From Pseudomonadota bacterium (GTDB taxonomy: Bacteria > Myxococcota > JACRCW01 > JAFGSX01), in NCBI GenBank assembly GCA_043821645.1, contig JBDRCO010000023.1, positions 160,001 to 224,000 of the forward strand: a stretch of DNA of 64,000 nt, given 5' to 3'. Of this stretch, positions 10,166 to 19,008 are shown one piece after another. Below the pieces are notes generated by a model. That model was not told the origin of the DNA, did not search any database, and saw only the letters and a list, made by a program, of their open reading frames with translations. Numbering within the stretch: position 1 is the first letter of the stretch; the number at the start of each line of letters is the position of its first letter. The translations under genes and the position numbers were made by a program.

Positions 10166-11500
10166 TCACACGCTGGCCTTGCCCGCCCGCGCCCGCAAAT
10201 AGAGCACCACCGTTAAAAGCGTACCCACCGTCGCCACCACCACCAGCATCAGGAAGATGGGGACCAGGTCCTGGCCGCCGGTCTTGTACAGCCAGCCTAT
10301 GATCTGCTCCTGAAAGACCGGGCCTATGGATCCCATGCCGTTGATGATGCCTGCCGCGACCAGGGCGCCGCGCACGCTGCCGATATCGATGGCGCCAACA
10401 CCTGAGAGCAGCGAGTCCGGCCCGTACAGCATGAAGCCGGCCAGGCCCATGGACACGCTGAACACGATCACGCTGTGCGCGCCAAGCCCGTACATGAGTC
10501 CAAAGGAGGCGGTCATGAGTGCCAGCATGATCACGGCCAGGGCTGCGCGACGCCCCTTGAACAGGCGGTCCGAGATCACGCCGGCCAGCAGCACGCCCAC
10601 GAAGCCGCACAGGTCGAACACCGTCGACAGGTAGCCCGCCTGATCACCTGCCAGGCCGAAGTTCTTGCTCAGGAAGTAGGGCGCCCAGGACCACAGGGCG
10701 TAGCGCAGGAACTTGATGCAGAAGTAGATGCTGCCCATGAGCAGCACCGCGATCACGGTATCGCGGCTCCACCCCAGCTCGGAGGACGAGTGCAGCCCAC
10801 GCGGTACCTTGCCGGGATCCGTCACCTCGTCGTCGAACAGGGCATCGACTGAACGCGAGTCGTCCTCATCGGAGACCGAACGCAGGCCCACGTCTTCGGG
10901 GGTGTTGGGGTGCAGCCACAGCACGATGGCCCACACCACCAGCAACACCGCCGAGGCGCCGAAGAAGGACCGCCACCCCGCCGCACCCAGCAGGAAAGCT
11001 GCGAACGACGTCGCCAGCACCGAGCCCACCTGGTAGCAGGTGGCCCACACACCCATGATGCTGCCGCGCTGCTCTCGCTGGAACCAGAAGCCCAGAGAAC
11101 CGATGCAGCCGGGCCAGCCAGTGCCCTGGGCCATGCCGTTGAGGGTCATGAACAGAGCGATGGTGGCCATGCCGTTGCTGACACCAAAGGCCACGTTGCA
11201 GGCAATAGAGATGGCCATCCCGAACAGCAGCAGCCGCTTGGGACCGAGCCGGCGCCCGAAGTAGGCGGACGAGAACTGGCCGATGGCGTAGCCCACCAGG
11301 TAGGCGGTGCCGATCTGCGCCAGGTCGACGCTGGTCAGATCCAGGGCCTGGCCCAGGTCCTTCTTGACGACGTAGAAGGCCTTGCGACAGAAATAGTAAC
11401 CGGCATAGGCCAGCCAGGTGGCGACCAGGATCTTGATCTGCCAGCGACGGTAAAGGCGCGGATCGGGGTCTGGCGTGGTGCTGGTTCCCCCGTCGTTCAA
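10166..11500 (-). CDS. MFS transporter, organophosphate:Pi antiporter (GlpT/UhpT-like) family
   Basis: YAGYYFCRK, QGTGWP, WFxxxQRG, KFLRYAL.SW, GIINGMGSIG; 12 TM. Confidence 0.85.
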   Translation of the reverse strand: MNDGGTSTTPDPDPRLYRRWQIKILVATWLAYAGYYFCRKAFYVVKKDLGQALDLTSVDLAQIGTAYLVGYAIGQFSSAYFGRRLGPKRLLLFGMAISIACNVAFGVSNGMATIALFMTLNGMAQGTGWPGCIGSLGFWFQREQRGSIMGVWATCYQVGSVLATSFAAFLLGAAGWRSFFGASAVLLVVWAIVLWLHPNTPEDVGLRSVSDEDDSRSVDALFDDEVTDPGKVPRGLHSSSELGWSRDTVIAVLLMGSIYFCIKFLRYALWSWAPYFLSKNFGLAGDQAGYLSTVFDLCGFVGVLLAGVISDRLFKGRRAALAVIMLALMTASFGLMYGLGAHSVIVFSVSMGLAGFMLYGPDSLLSGVGAIDIGSVRGALVAAGIINGMGSIGPVFQEQIIGWLYKTGGQDLVPIFLMLVVVATVGTLLTVVLYLRARAGKASV

Positions 11501-11504
11501 GGTG

Positions 11505-12365
11505 CTACTGGCTCCCCAGCCGGGGTCTCACCACCACATCAATGAAATTCTTGAACTCGAGCTGGCGGCGGTCGATGTCCAGCACGTCGTCGTCGATGTC
11601 GAGCTGCCAGCGCAGGTCCTTTCGCGTGGGGTCCGCAGCCAGGGCGCGCAGCTTGTCGACATAGGCCATCAGGTCGTCGTGACCGCTGAAGAACTTCTCG
11701 CGTACCAGCTTGGGCTCGCGCACCACGATCAGAGCCGCGAGATCGGCCAGGTCGTACTCGGGATGGTACTGCACGGCCCAGAAGGTGCCCTTCTGATGGG
11801 TGACGGCGATGGCCTGTATGCGGGTCCAATCGTTGCTGGCGAGCCACACCGCACCGGGCGGCAGGGCGGTCACCTGGTCGTCGTGGCTGATGAAGCCGCA
11901 GAACACAGGCGGCTTGCCCCGCATCATGGGGTGGTCGCGCCCCTCGTCGGTGATGAAGACCTTGCGCGCCAGTCCCATCTCGCGACCCTTGGGGTTGGGC
12001 TTGACCTCGCCCCCGGCGCAGAAGGCGGCCATCTGCAGGCCCCAGCACGAGCCGAACTGCGGCACCCCCACCTCGTAGGCGCGCTTGCTCAGGGCGATCT
12101 GTCGCGTCACCCGCTCGTCGTGGTCGTGGTAGATGGTGAGGTTGCAGCCCGTCCATAGCACGCCCGCGTAGGTCTCGACGCCCTGGGCGTCAGGAAGCTC
12201 GGCGGTGTCGCTGGGAAGCCACACAGCAACCTCGGCCTCGGGGACATGCCGTCTGAGCATGTTGGCGTACAGGTCGAAGCTCAGGGTCATGCCTGCGGTG
12301 TCGAACTCGTCCCGGCTGGGCTTGGGATATCCGTCGACAACGAGAAAGCGAGGGGCTGGGCTCAT
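11505..12365 (-). CDS. Class I glutamine amidotransferase-like protein
   Basis: GSCWGLQM nucleophile elbow and VQYHPE (Cys-His-Glu triad). Confidence 0.85.
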   Translation of the reverse strand: MSPAPRFLVVDGYPKPSRDEFDTAGMTLSFDLYANMLRRHVPEAEVAVWLPSDTAELPDAQGVETYAGVLWTGCNLTIYHDHDERVTRQIALSKRAYEVGVPQFGSCWGLQMAAFCAGGEVKPNPKGREMGLARKVFITDEGRDHPMMRGKPPVFCGFISHDDQVTALPPGAVWLASNDWTRIQAIAVTHQKGTFWAVQYHPEYDLADLAALIVVREPKLVREKFFSGHDDLMAYVDKLRALAADPTRKDLRWQLDIDDDVLDIDRRQLEFKNFIDVVVRPRLGSQ

Positions 12366-12368
12366 GCT

Positions 12369-13127
12369 CTACCTCTTGTCCAGGCGCGCGATGGTCGCCG
12401 GGAGTTCACGGGCGTCACCACAGATGGCGTCGGCCTGGCTGCCGTCGCTGCCGCGGTCGATCGCGTAGGTCACCAGCACGGCGCGCGCGCCCACGCGGTG
12501 GGCACCGTCGATGTCGTTGTGCTCACGATCGCCCAGGTGCACCAGGGCGTCGAGAGAGCAGCCGGCGAGCTTCGCCGCCTCGTGAAAGACGCGGGGCTCG
12601 GGCTTGCTGCAACCCAGCTCGTCCGAGAACACGAAGCCCTTGAAGTGCTGCAGCAGCTGGTAGTGCTCGAGCAGCTGCCTGAGCGCACGCCCCGGCGAGA
12701 AGATGGCGTCGGAGATCACCACCAGAGTGTAGCGGGACGCCAGCTCGGCCATGGCCTCGGCGATGCCCGTGGCCAGGTCGGGCTGGACTTCCAGCTCCAT
12801 GTCCTCGTGGCACCGCACCAGCTCGGCAAAGCGATCCGCGGAGAGCTCGCGGTGCAGACCAGCCAGCACGATCTGCAATCGCTGGGTCACGGTCCAGGTG
12901 AAGAACTGGTCGTGCCACACCGTGCGAAAGGCCGCGTCCGCCGCATCGTAGGCGCAGTCCACCAGGGCGCGATCGATGGAACCGCTCTCCTCGACAAACT
13001 GCTGCACCAGGTTGCGGCGCGCCACCTTCTTGCTGGGGAGTCCGGCGGCCTTGCGCTTGGGCTCGTCCGAATCGTCGACGAAGACGGTGTCCCACAGGTC
13101 GAACGAGATGGCCTGAACCGCTGCCAT
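12369..13127 (-). CDS. HAD-superfamily hydrolase
   Basis: FDLWDTV motif I, ISD, SKP..F, HLGDREHNDIDGA; GGAGG RBS before ATG 13127. Confidence 0.88.
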   Translation of the reverse strand: MAAVQAISFDLWDTVFVDDSDEPKRKAAGLPSKKVARRNLVQQFVEESGSIDRALVDCAYDAADAAFRTVWHDQFFTWTVTQRLQIVLAGLHRELSADRFAELVRCHEDMELEVQPDLATGIAEAMAELASRYTLVVISDAIFSPGRALRQLLEHYQLLQHFKGFVFSDELGCSKPEPRVFHEAAKLAGCSLDALVHLGDREHNDIDGAHRVGARAVLVTYAIDRGSDGSQADAICGDARELPATIARLDKR

Positions 13128-13302
13128 GGGCGCCTCCACGATGGGCGAGACCATAGCGCCGCACCGGGCGGCTTTCGACAGAGAAGTGGTGGGTGACCTT
13201 GACCTGGCCTGCGCTCTCTCGCAGGGTAGGTGTGCACGGCGCAGCCCAGGCACTCGCCCCAAAGCGATCTTGGCCAGCGACGCCACACGGAAAGGACCTC
13301 CG

Positions 13303-13875
13303 ATGGGACAGCCAGATCAGGTGACCTCGCGCTGGGTGTGGATAGACCTCGAGATGACAGGTCTCGACGTGGAACAGGATGTCATCCTGCAGATTGCCAC
13401 GGTGATCACAGACTCCGAGCTCAACGAACTGGCAAGCCTGGAGCAGGTGGTGTGGCAACCCGACGAGGTGCTGGCACGCATGACGCCCTTCGTGCGCGAC
13501 ATGCACGGCAAGAATGGGTTGCGCGATCGCGTGCGCGCCTCTGCCACCTCGCTGCGCGTGGCCGAGCGCCATACCATGGAGCTGCTCTGCGCCCACGTCC
13601 CCTATGGTCAAGGAATCCTGGCAGGCGCCAGCATCAGCACCGACCGCTCCTTTTTACGTCGCTACATGACCAGCATTGACGGCTACCTGCACTATCGCCA
13701 CCTCGACGTCACCAGCCTCAAGATCGCGTGCTCGGCGTGGCTGGGTGAGGCAGGGATGCCCCCGGAGGTGGAGTCGCCACACACCGCCCTCGAGGACATC
13801 CGCCAGTCCATCGCCGATCTGCGCTTCTATCGCGACCTGGTGCTCGACCGGCACACCGCCCCGTCGAAGGGCTGA
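13303..13875 (+). CDS. orn: Oligoribonuclease
   Basis: VWIDLEMTGLD, MHGKNGL, DRSFL, YLHYRHLDVTSLK, HTALEDI; AAAGGA RBS. Confidence 0.88.
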   Translation: MGQPDQVTSRWVWIDLEMTGLDVEQDVILQIATVITDSELNELASLEQVVWQPDEVLARMTPFVRDMHGKNGLRDRVRASATSLRVAERHTMELLCAHVPYGQGILAGASISTDRSFLRRYMTSIDGYLHYRHLDVTSLKIACSAWLGEAGMPPEVESPHTALEDIRQSIADLRFYRDLVLDRHTAPSKG

Positions 13876-13878
13876 ACC

Positions 13879-14856
13879 GTGGCGTCCGCTCCGGGGAGGC
13901 CCCGTGTGGCTGTCACCCGCGGTGCCGAAATCGCAGCCTACGCTTTCCCCGACGGCCACCCCTTTGGCCCGGACCGCCACGATGTTTTCTGGCGGGCGCT
14001 CGATCACAGTGCGCTGGCAGGGCGCGTGGAGGCTCGTGCGCCGGTGCTGGCACGTGACGACGAGCTCGCGACCTTTCACGAGGCGAAGTACGTGGAGCGG
14101 GTGCGCTCGCTGTCCGCACTCGGGCATGGCCTGCTCGACCACGGTGATACCCCGGCATTCGCGGGCTGCTACGAGGCGGCGGCCCACGTCGTGGGTTCCG
14201 CCCTGGACCTGGCGCGGGCCATTCTCCGCGGCGAACTCGACCGCGGCTTCGTCCCCATCGCAGGTCTGCACCATGCGCGGCGCGAGCGCGCAGGAGGCTT
14301 CTGCATCTTCAATGACGCGGGCGTGGTGATCGAGGTGCTGCGCGCCGAACTCGGGCTCGAGCGCTTCGCCTATGTGGACATCGACGCCCACCATGGCGAC
14401 GGTGTGTTCTACGGTTTCGTCGACGACCCGCAGGTGACCATCGCGGACCTCCACGAGGATGGGCGCTTTCTCTACCCGGGCACGGGCTTCGCCCACGAGA
14501 CGGGAGAGGGAGCGGCGAGGGGTACCAAGCACAACTTCTGTCTGCAACCTGACGACGGAGACGAGGCCTTTGAGCGCCACTGGTCCAGGGTCGAGGCGAT
14601 CGTGGACGCGGCGAGGCCACAGCTCATCGTTTTGCAGGCCGGTGCCGATTGCCTGGATGGCGATCCCATCACCCATCTTCGGTGCAGCGAGCGATCCCAC
14701 TCCCTGGCCACCAGGACCCTGGTCGGTCTGGCCAAGCGGCACTGCGACGGACATGTGCTGGCCCTTGGGGGGGGTGGCTACCACAGGCCCAACCTGGTCA
14801 GGGCGTGGCTGGCCATGGTTGCGGGTTTGCTCGACGATGCCCCGGGCAGCCCCTGA
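13879..14856 (+). CDS. AcuC/histone-deacetylase family Zn amidohydrolase
   Basis: GHPF, GLHHA, GFCIFND, DIDAHHGDG, GADCLDGDP, GGGGY. Confidence 0.9.
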   Translation: MASAPGRPRVAVTRGAEIAAYAFPDGHPFGPDRHDVFWRALDHSALAGRVEARAPVLARDDELATFHEAKYVERVRSLSALGHGLLDHGDTPAFAGCYEAAAHVVGSALDLARAILRGELDRGFVPIAGLHHARRERAGGFCIFNDAGVVIEVLRAELGLERFAYVDIDAHHGDGVFYGFVDDPQVTIADLHEDGRFLYPGTGFAHETGEGAARGTKHNFCLQPDDGDEAFERHWSRVEAIVDAARPQLIVLQAGADCLDGDPITHLRCSERSHSLATRTLVGLAKRHCDGHVLALGGGGYHRPNLVRAWLAMVAGLLDDAPGSP

Positions 14857-14998
14857 TTTCGTAATAATTCATCATAAATCCAGTTATTTCATATTGATGG
14901 ATGACGTGTACTCGAAGGTGCCGAAATGTAGCAACGTATCCTACCCGGCACCGATAACACCCTCACGAACACATCAGACCCAGCCAGGGAGTTCGACC

Positions 14999-15361
14999 AT
15001 GTGCCTGAGCCTGCTCGAGACCAAGCGCCAGCGCGATGCCAGGCTGCTGCTGTGGGTGCAGGACGCGCAGCGCCTGGGCGATCAGGTCCTGGAGTGCCGC
15101 GACGCCCGCGGGCAGATCAGCCACAGCGTGGTCCTCGCCGCGGCCGCAGCCACTGGCTACCAGCACGTGACCACGGCGGTGCAACAGACCAGGCCGTGGC
15201 AGGATGCGCGCGAGATCCAGGCTGCCCTGGCTCGCGAGCATGATGCCCTGGAACACGAGGCCACACCCCTGGCGCGGCTGCTGCCCGTGTCGGGCGCGGC
15301 CCTTCCCTCGGGGATCTGCTCGGCGCGGCTGGCTCCCCGACCCCGGCGCGGCCTCGCCTAA
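14999..15361 (+). CDS. Hypothetical protein (120 aa)
   Basis: AGGGAG RBS before ATG 14999; GC3-rich codons; no recognisable motif. Confidence 0.5.
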   Translation: MCLSLLETKRQRDARLLLWVQDAQRLGDQVLECRDARGQISHSVVLAAAAATGYQHVTTAVQQTRPWQDAREIQAALAREHDALEHEATPLARLLPVSGAALPSGICSARLAPRPRRGLA

Positions 15362-15494
15362 TACCGAATCGCTTTGATTGAGCTCGATATGGGGGGCCCA
15401 GGTGAGACTTTTTTTTAGAGCTTGCGAGGACAAAAAGACTCGCCGGTGAAGGCGGGGCCCCACAACAGGGTCGAATCCAAGCGATTTCTTATTA
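15359..15494. repeat. Long imperfect inverted repeat (rod-like hairpin); candidate structured RNA or palindromic element
   Basis: Nested arms TAATA/TATTA, AATCGCTTTGATT/AATCCAAGCGATT, TGGGG/CCCCA, GGTGAG/CTCGCC, CTTTTT/AAAAAG. Confidence 0.6.
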
Positions 15495-15637
15495 CACGCC
15501 ACCAGCCACGGATTTCACCTGCTGATGCAGCGGCACGACCCTGCGCGACGAGCGGCCAACGACCACCGGGCGATCCCGCGAGATCTTCGACCCCACACAT
15601 CTTTCTTTGGTGCTGTCGCGAGGCGGCCTGGCCAGGT

Positions 15638-16165
15638 TCAGCCGCGGTCCGGACAGGTCGGGGGAGCGCAGGTGGTCTCGTCGACACAGATGCCGCCGCA
15701 GTCGGCGCCACCGTGGGCGGGATCGCAGTTGTCCGCCTGGTCGTCGACGCAGAGGAAACCCTCGGCGCAGGGCCTGGCTGCGAATCCACCGCAGAACGCG
15801 TAGCTCGGGCAGGTGCGGATCTCCCAGCCACAGGTGCCACTGGCATTGCGGTAGCAGTCACCGGGACCACCCAAGGTGCCGTCGGAGCACAGGGTGTTGG
15901 GCATGCCCGGGGCAGGCCCGCACTCGGCCTGGGTGCAGGGCTCGGGGCAGGTGATGATCTCCCAGCCACAGCTTCCGTCGGCATGGCGCACGCAGTCCCC
16001 GGGCCCGGCGACAGTGCCGTCGGCGCACAGGGTGTTGGGCATGCCCAGTGGCGGGCCGCACTCGTCCGGTCCGCAGGTGGTCGGGGGCTCGGGCTGGCAC
16101 TCGCCGGCGAACAGGAAGGCGCAGCCGAACAGGGTCAGGCCAGCCAGGGTGCATCGCTTGAACAT
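15638..16165 (-). CDS. Exported Cys-rich tandem-repeat protein (probable lipoprotein)
   Basis: Signal-like N-terminus ending FAGEC; two 46-aa Cys repeats plus CGGFA..C....C...CDP..GGADCGGIC module; GGGAGG RBS. Confidence 0.8.
   Translation of the reverse strand: MFKRCTLAGLTLFGCAFLFAGECQPEPPTTCGPDECGPPLGMPNTLCADGTVAGPGDCVRHADGSCGWEIITCPEPCTQAECGPAPGMPNTLCSDGTLGGPGDCYRNASGTCGWEIRTCPSYAFCGGFAARPCAEGFLCVDDQADNCDPAHGGADCGGICVDETTCAPPTCPDRG
15800..16075 (-). repeat. Two 138-bp direct repeats within the Cys-rich CDS
   Basis: CACAGGGTGTTGGGCATGCC occurs at 15888 and 16026 (period 138). Confidence 0.85.
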
Positions 16166-16449
16166 GACATCCTCCCTTGGGTCCATGCGCACGCAGGTTC
16201 GCGATCCTTATGCATGTCGCCACGAATTTGGCCAGGAGCGGCTCGCGCGCTCCCGGCGGGTGCCAGCTCTCGGCGCAGCCGGCAGCCGAGCATGCACCGC
16301 AGACCGTCCTGGGGTCCTCGCCTCGCGTGCCCTGCCGGACGGCGGAGGTGCGCCACCCACCTGGCGCAGAGACTCGTGGTACAACGGGGGCGGAATCGCT
16401 CAGCGCGCGCGGGAGCAGTGCGAGGACCGCGCGCAGGGTGGCGAGCGCC

Positions 16450-17385
16450 ATGTCCCAGTGCAGCGTCAGGATATCGGGACTGAGCAAGCGCTATGGCGAT
16501 CTCATCGCCGTGGACAGGCTTGACCTCGAGGTCGGCGCGGGCGAGATCCTCGGCTTCCTGGGGCCCAACGGCGCCGGCAAGACCACCACCCTGCAGATGA
16601 TGTGCGGCCTGCTGAAGCCCGATGCTGGAAGCGTCGAGCTCGAGGGGCGCGTGCTCACCGCCGGCCAGGGCGTGCCCAGCATCGGGGTGTCGCCGCAGAA
16701 CCTGGTGATCTGGAACACCCTGACCTGCCAGGAGCAGCTCGAGTTCGTGGGTCGCATGTACGATCTGTCGTATCGCGACGCACGGCAGCGCGCCCGGCGC
16801 TTGCTCGGGGACTTCGGCCTGCAGGACAAGGCCCGCCGACTGGGTCGGACCCTGTCCGGAGGCATGCAGCGTCGGCTCAACATCGCGCTTGCCCTGGTGC
16901 ACGGTCCTCACATCCTGTTTCTCGACGAGCCCCAGGCTGGCCTCGATCCCCAGAGTCGCGTCCTGGTGCGCGAGTACCTGCAATCGCTGCGCGGCCGCAT
17001 GACCGTGATCGTCACCACCCACGACATGGAGGAGGCGGCCAAGCTAAGCGATCGCGTGTGCGTCCTGGATCACGGGCGCTTGCTCGCCCTGGATACGGTG
17101 ACGGGAATCCTGCAGGGCCATGGCGAGGGAGCACTCACCTCCATCGTCATCGGCTGCGACGCTGCCGATGCCCGCCTGGCCAACCTGGAGTCACAGATCA
17201 CCGCGAGCGGGTGGAGACGACATGGCAATGAGCTGCGCCAGCTCGGACCGACCCGGGCCAGCGCGGTGGCCGAGGTGCTGCAGATCATCGCGCGCGAAGA
17301 TCTCGAGGTGACGGGGATTCACACGCGCGAGACCACCCTGGAGGACGTGTTCCTGGCACTCACCGGCAGGAGCCTGCGCGAATGA
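16450..17385 (+). CDS. ABC-2 exporter ATP-binding subunit
   Basis: GPNGAGKTT, LSGGMQRR, FLDEP, TTHDM. Confidence 0.92.
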   Translation: MSQCSVRISGLSKRYGDLIAVDRLDLEVGAGEILGFLGPNGAGKTTTLQMMCGLLKPDAGSVELEGRVLTAGQGVPSIGVSPQNLVIWNTLTCQEQLEFVGRMYDLSYRDARQRARRLLGDFGLQDKARRLGRTLSGGMQRRLNIALALVHGPHILFLDEPQAGLDPQSRVLVREYLQSLRGRMTVIVTTHDMEEAAKLSDRVCVLDHGRLLALDTVTGILQGHGEGALTSIVIGCDAADARLANLESQITASGWRRHGNELRQLGPTRASAVAEVLQIIAREDLEVTGIHTRETTLEDVFLALTGRSLRE

Positions 17386-18557
17386 GAGTCCTCGCTTACC
17401 TGCACAAGACCTTCTTGGAGAACCTGCGCGAGTGGAAGGTGCTGTCCTTTGCCCTCGTATTCGCGCCGGCCTTCGTCTTCATGATGTACGGCTACTACAA
17501 CGCGGCGTCTTCATCCTACGCCCTGCTCGTGCTCGACGGGGACCGCTCCCGGGAGGCCCCGGGTCCTGGCGCTGAGGTCGAGGTCCTGCTCTCGGCCCTG
17601 CGCGAGGCGAAGCACGCGGACGGCGTGCCGCTGTTCGTCGTAAATGAGGTGCGGGATCTGGAGGCGGCGCGTGCACGCGTTCGCCAGCGCAGCGCGGATC
17701 TTCTGGTCGAGATCCCGGCCGGTTTTGCGGCGGCGGTGAGGGCTTTTCGCGACGGCCAGAGCTCCGAACCCGCCCACCTGGTTCACCACAGCGACGACAA
17801 AAACCTGCGCGGGTCCATGGCCATGGCGCTGTCCGACTACGTGCTCTACACCACCCTCACCGAGGTCACCCGGGCCAGACTCCCGCTCGCCGTGTCCGTG
17901 CAGCCCGTGGGAAGCGGACGCCCGCTGAGCGAGTTTGACCTGTACGTGCCGGCACTGCTGGTGCTGGCCATCATCATGATCCTGTTCACGGCAGCGACCT
18001 CTCTGATCCAGGAGGTGGATCGCGGCACCCTGATGCGACTGTCCCTGTCCCGGCTGAAGCTGTGGGAACTGCTGGCCGCGGTCTCCGCCAACCAGGTGCT
18101 GCTGGGGCTGGTGGCCCTGACCCTCGCCTACCTGGCCGCCCTGTCCTGTGGCTACCGCAGCGAGGGATCGCTGGTCGTCCTGCTCGTGGTCGGCGCCTTG
18201 ACCAGCCTGAGCGTGGTCGCGATCGCGGTGATCACCGCGGCCTTGCTGAGGTCCATGTTCGAACTGCTCACCGTCGGCACTTTTCCCTTCTTCATCCTCA
18301 TGTTCTTTTCCGAGTGCATGTTTCCCCTCCCCAAGCTCCCGGTGGTGCAGATCCTGGGGCACACCCTGTACGCCAACGACGTGCTGCCCACGACGCTGTG
18401 CGTTCGCGCCTTTCAGCAGGTGCTCAACTTCGGTGCCGGGATCCGCGACGTGGGATTCGAGCTGGTCGTCATCGGCCTGCTCACCACCCTGTACTTCGCC
18501 CTGGGTACCTGGCTCTTTTCCCGTCGTCACGGGCGCATGTCAGCCCGGCGGGCGTGA
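17382..18557 (+). CDS. ABC-2 exporter permease
   Basis: N-terminal TM, extracytoplasmic loop, further TMs; ATGA overlap with the ATPase. Confidence 0.88.
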   Translation: MRVLAYLHKTFLENLREWKVLSFALVFAPAFVFMMYGYYNAASSSYALLVLDGDRSREAPGPGAEVEVLLSALREAKHADGVPLFVVNEVRDLEAARARVRQRSADLLVEIPAGFAAAVRAFRDGQSSEPAHLVHHSDDKNLRGSMAMALSDYVLYTTLTEVTRARLPLAVSVQPVGSGRPLSEFDLYVPALLVLAIIMILFTAATSLIQEVDRGTLMRLSLSRLKLWELLAAVSANQVLLGLVALTLAYLAALSCGYRSEGSLVVLLVVGALTSLSVVAIAVITAALLRSMFELLTVGTFPFFILMFFSECMFPLPKLPVVQILGHTLYANDVLPTTLCVRAFQQVLNFGAGIRDVGFELVVIGLLTTLYFALGTWLFSRRHGRMSARRA

Positions 18558-18601
18558 GCTGAGGGGATGCAGACCGGTGTGACCTTCGACCGCTCGGCTT
18601 C

Positions 18602-19003
18602 TCAGCCCTCGGCCCAGGTCAAGGCCGTGGTCGGACAGAAGGCCGCACAGGTGGGATTGCCCTTGCACAGGTCGCACTTGAGCGCGACCTGGGTGTCTTG
18701 CCGGAAGTACATGGCGCCGAAGGGGCAGGCATACACGCAGGCCTGGCAGCCAAAGCAGCGGTCGTTGACCTCGAGGGCATGGGTGTCGGAGTTGCGGGTG
18801 ATGGCCTCGACCGGGCAGGCCTTGACACAGGCCGCGTCGTCGCATTGCAGGCAGGTCAGGGGCACGGGGACGGTGTCGACCCGCCGCACGTCGATGACGC
18901 GAGGACCAATGGGGCTGGGCGCGCCGGAATGGTAAAAGGCACAGGCCAGCTCGCAGTTGCGGCAGTGGGTGCACTCTGTGGGGCGAACGATGAGTCGCTT
19001 CAT
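18602..19003 (-). CDS. 4Fe-4S multicluster electron-transfer protein (DmsB/HydN/CooF-like)
   Basis: CTHCRNCELAC, CLQCDDAACVKACP, CFGCQACVYACP, KCDLCKGNPTCAAFCP; GAGGAGG RBS. Confidence 0.9.
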   Translation of the reverse strand: MKRLIVRPTECTHCRNCELACAFYHSGAPSPIGPRVIDVRRVDTVPVPLTCLQCDDAACVKACPVEAITRNSDTHALEVNDRCFGCQACVYACPFGAMYFRQDTQVALKCDLCKGNPTCAAFCPTTALTWAEG

Positions 19004-19008
19004 CGTGG

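Noticed and set aside
15355-15497. Palindrome as an integron attC site
   Set aside because: Ends read GCCTAAT/ATTACAC, lacking the conserved AAC/GTT triplets; single copy and no integrase.
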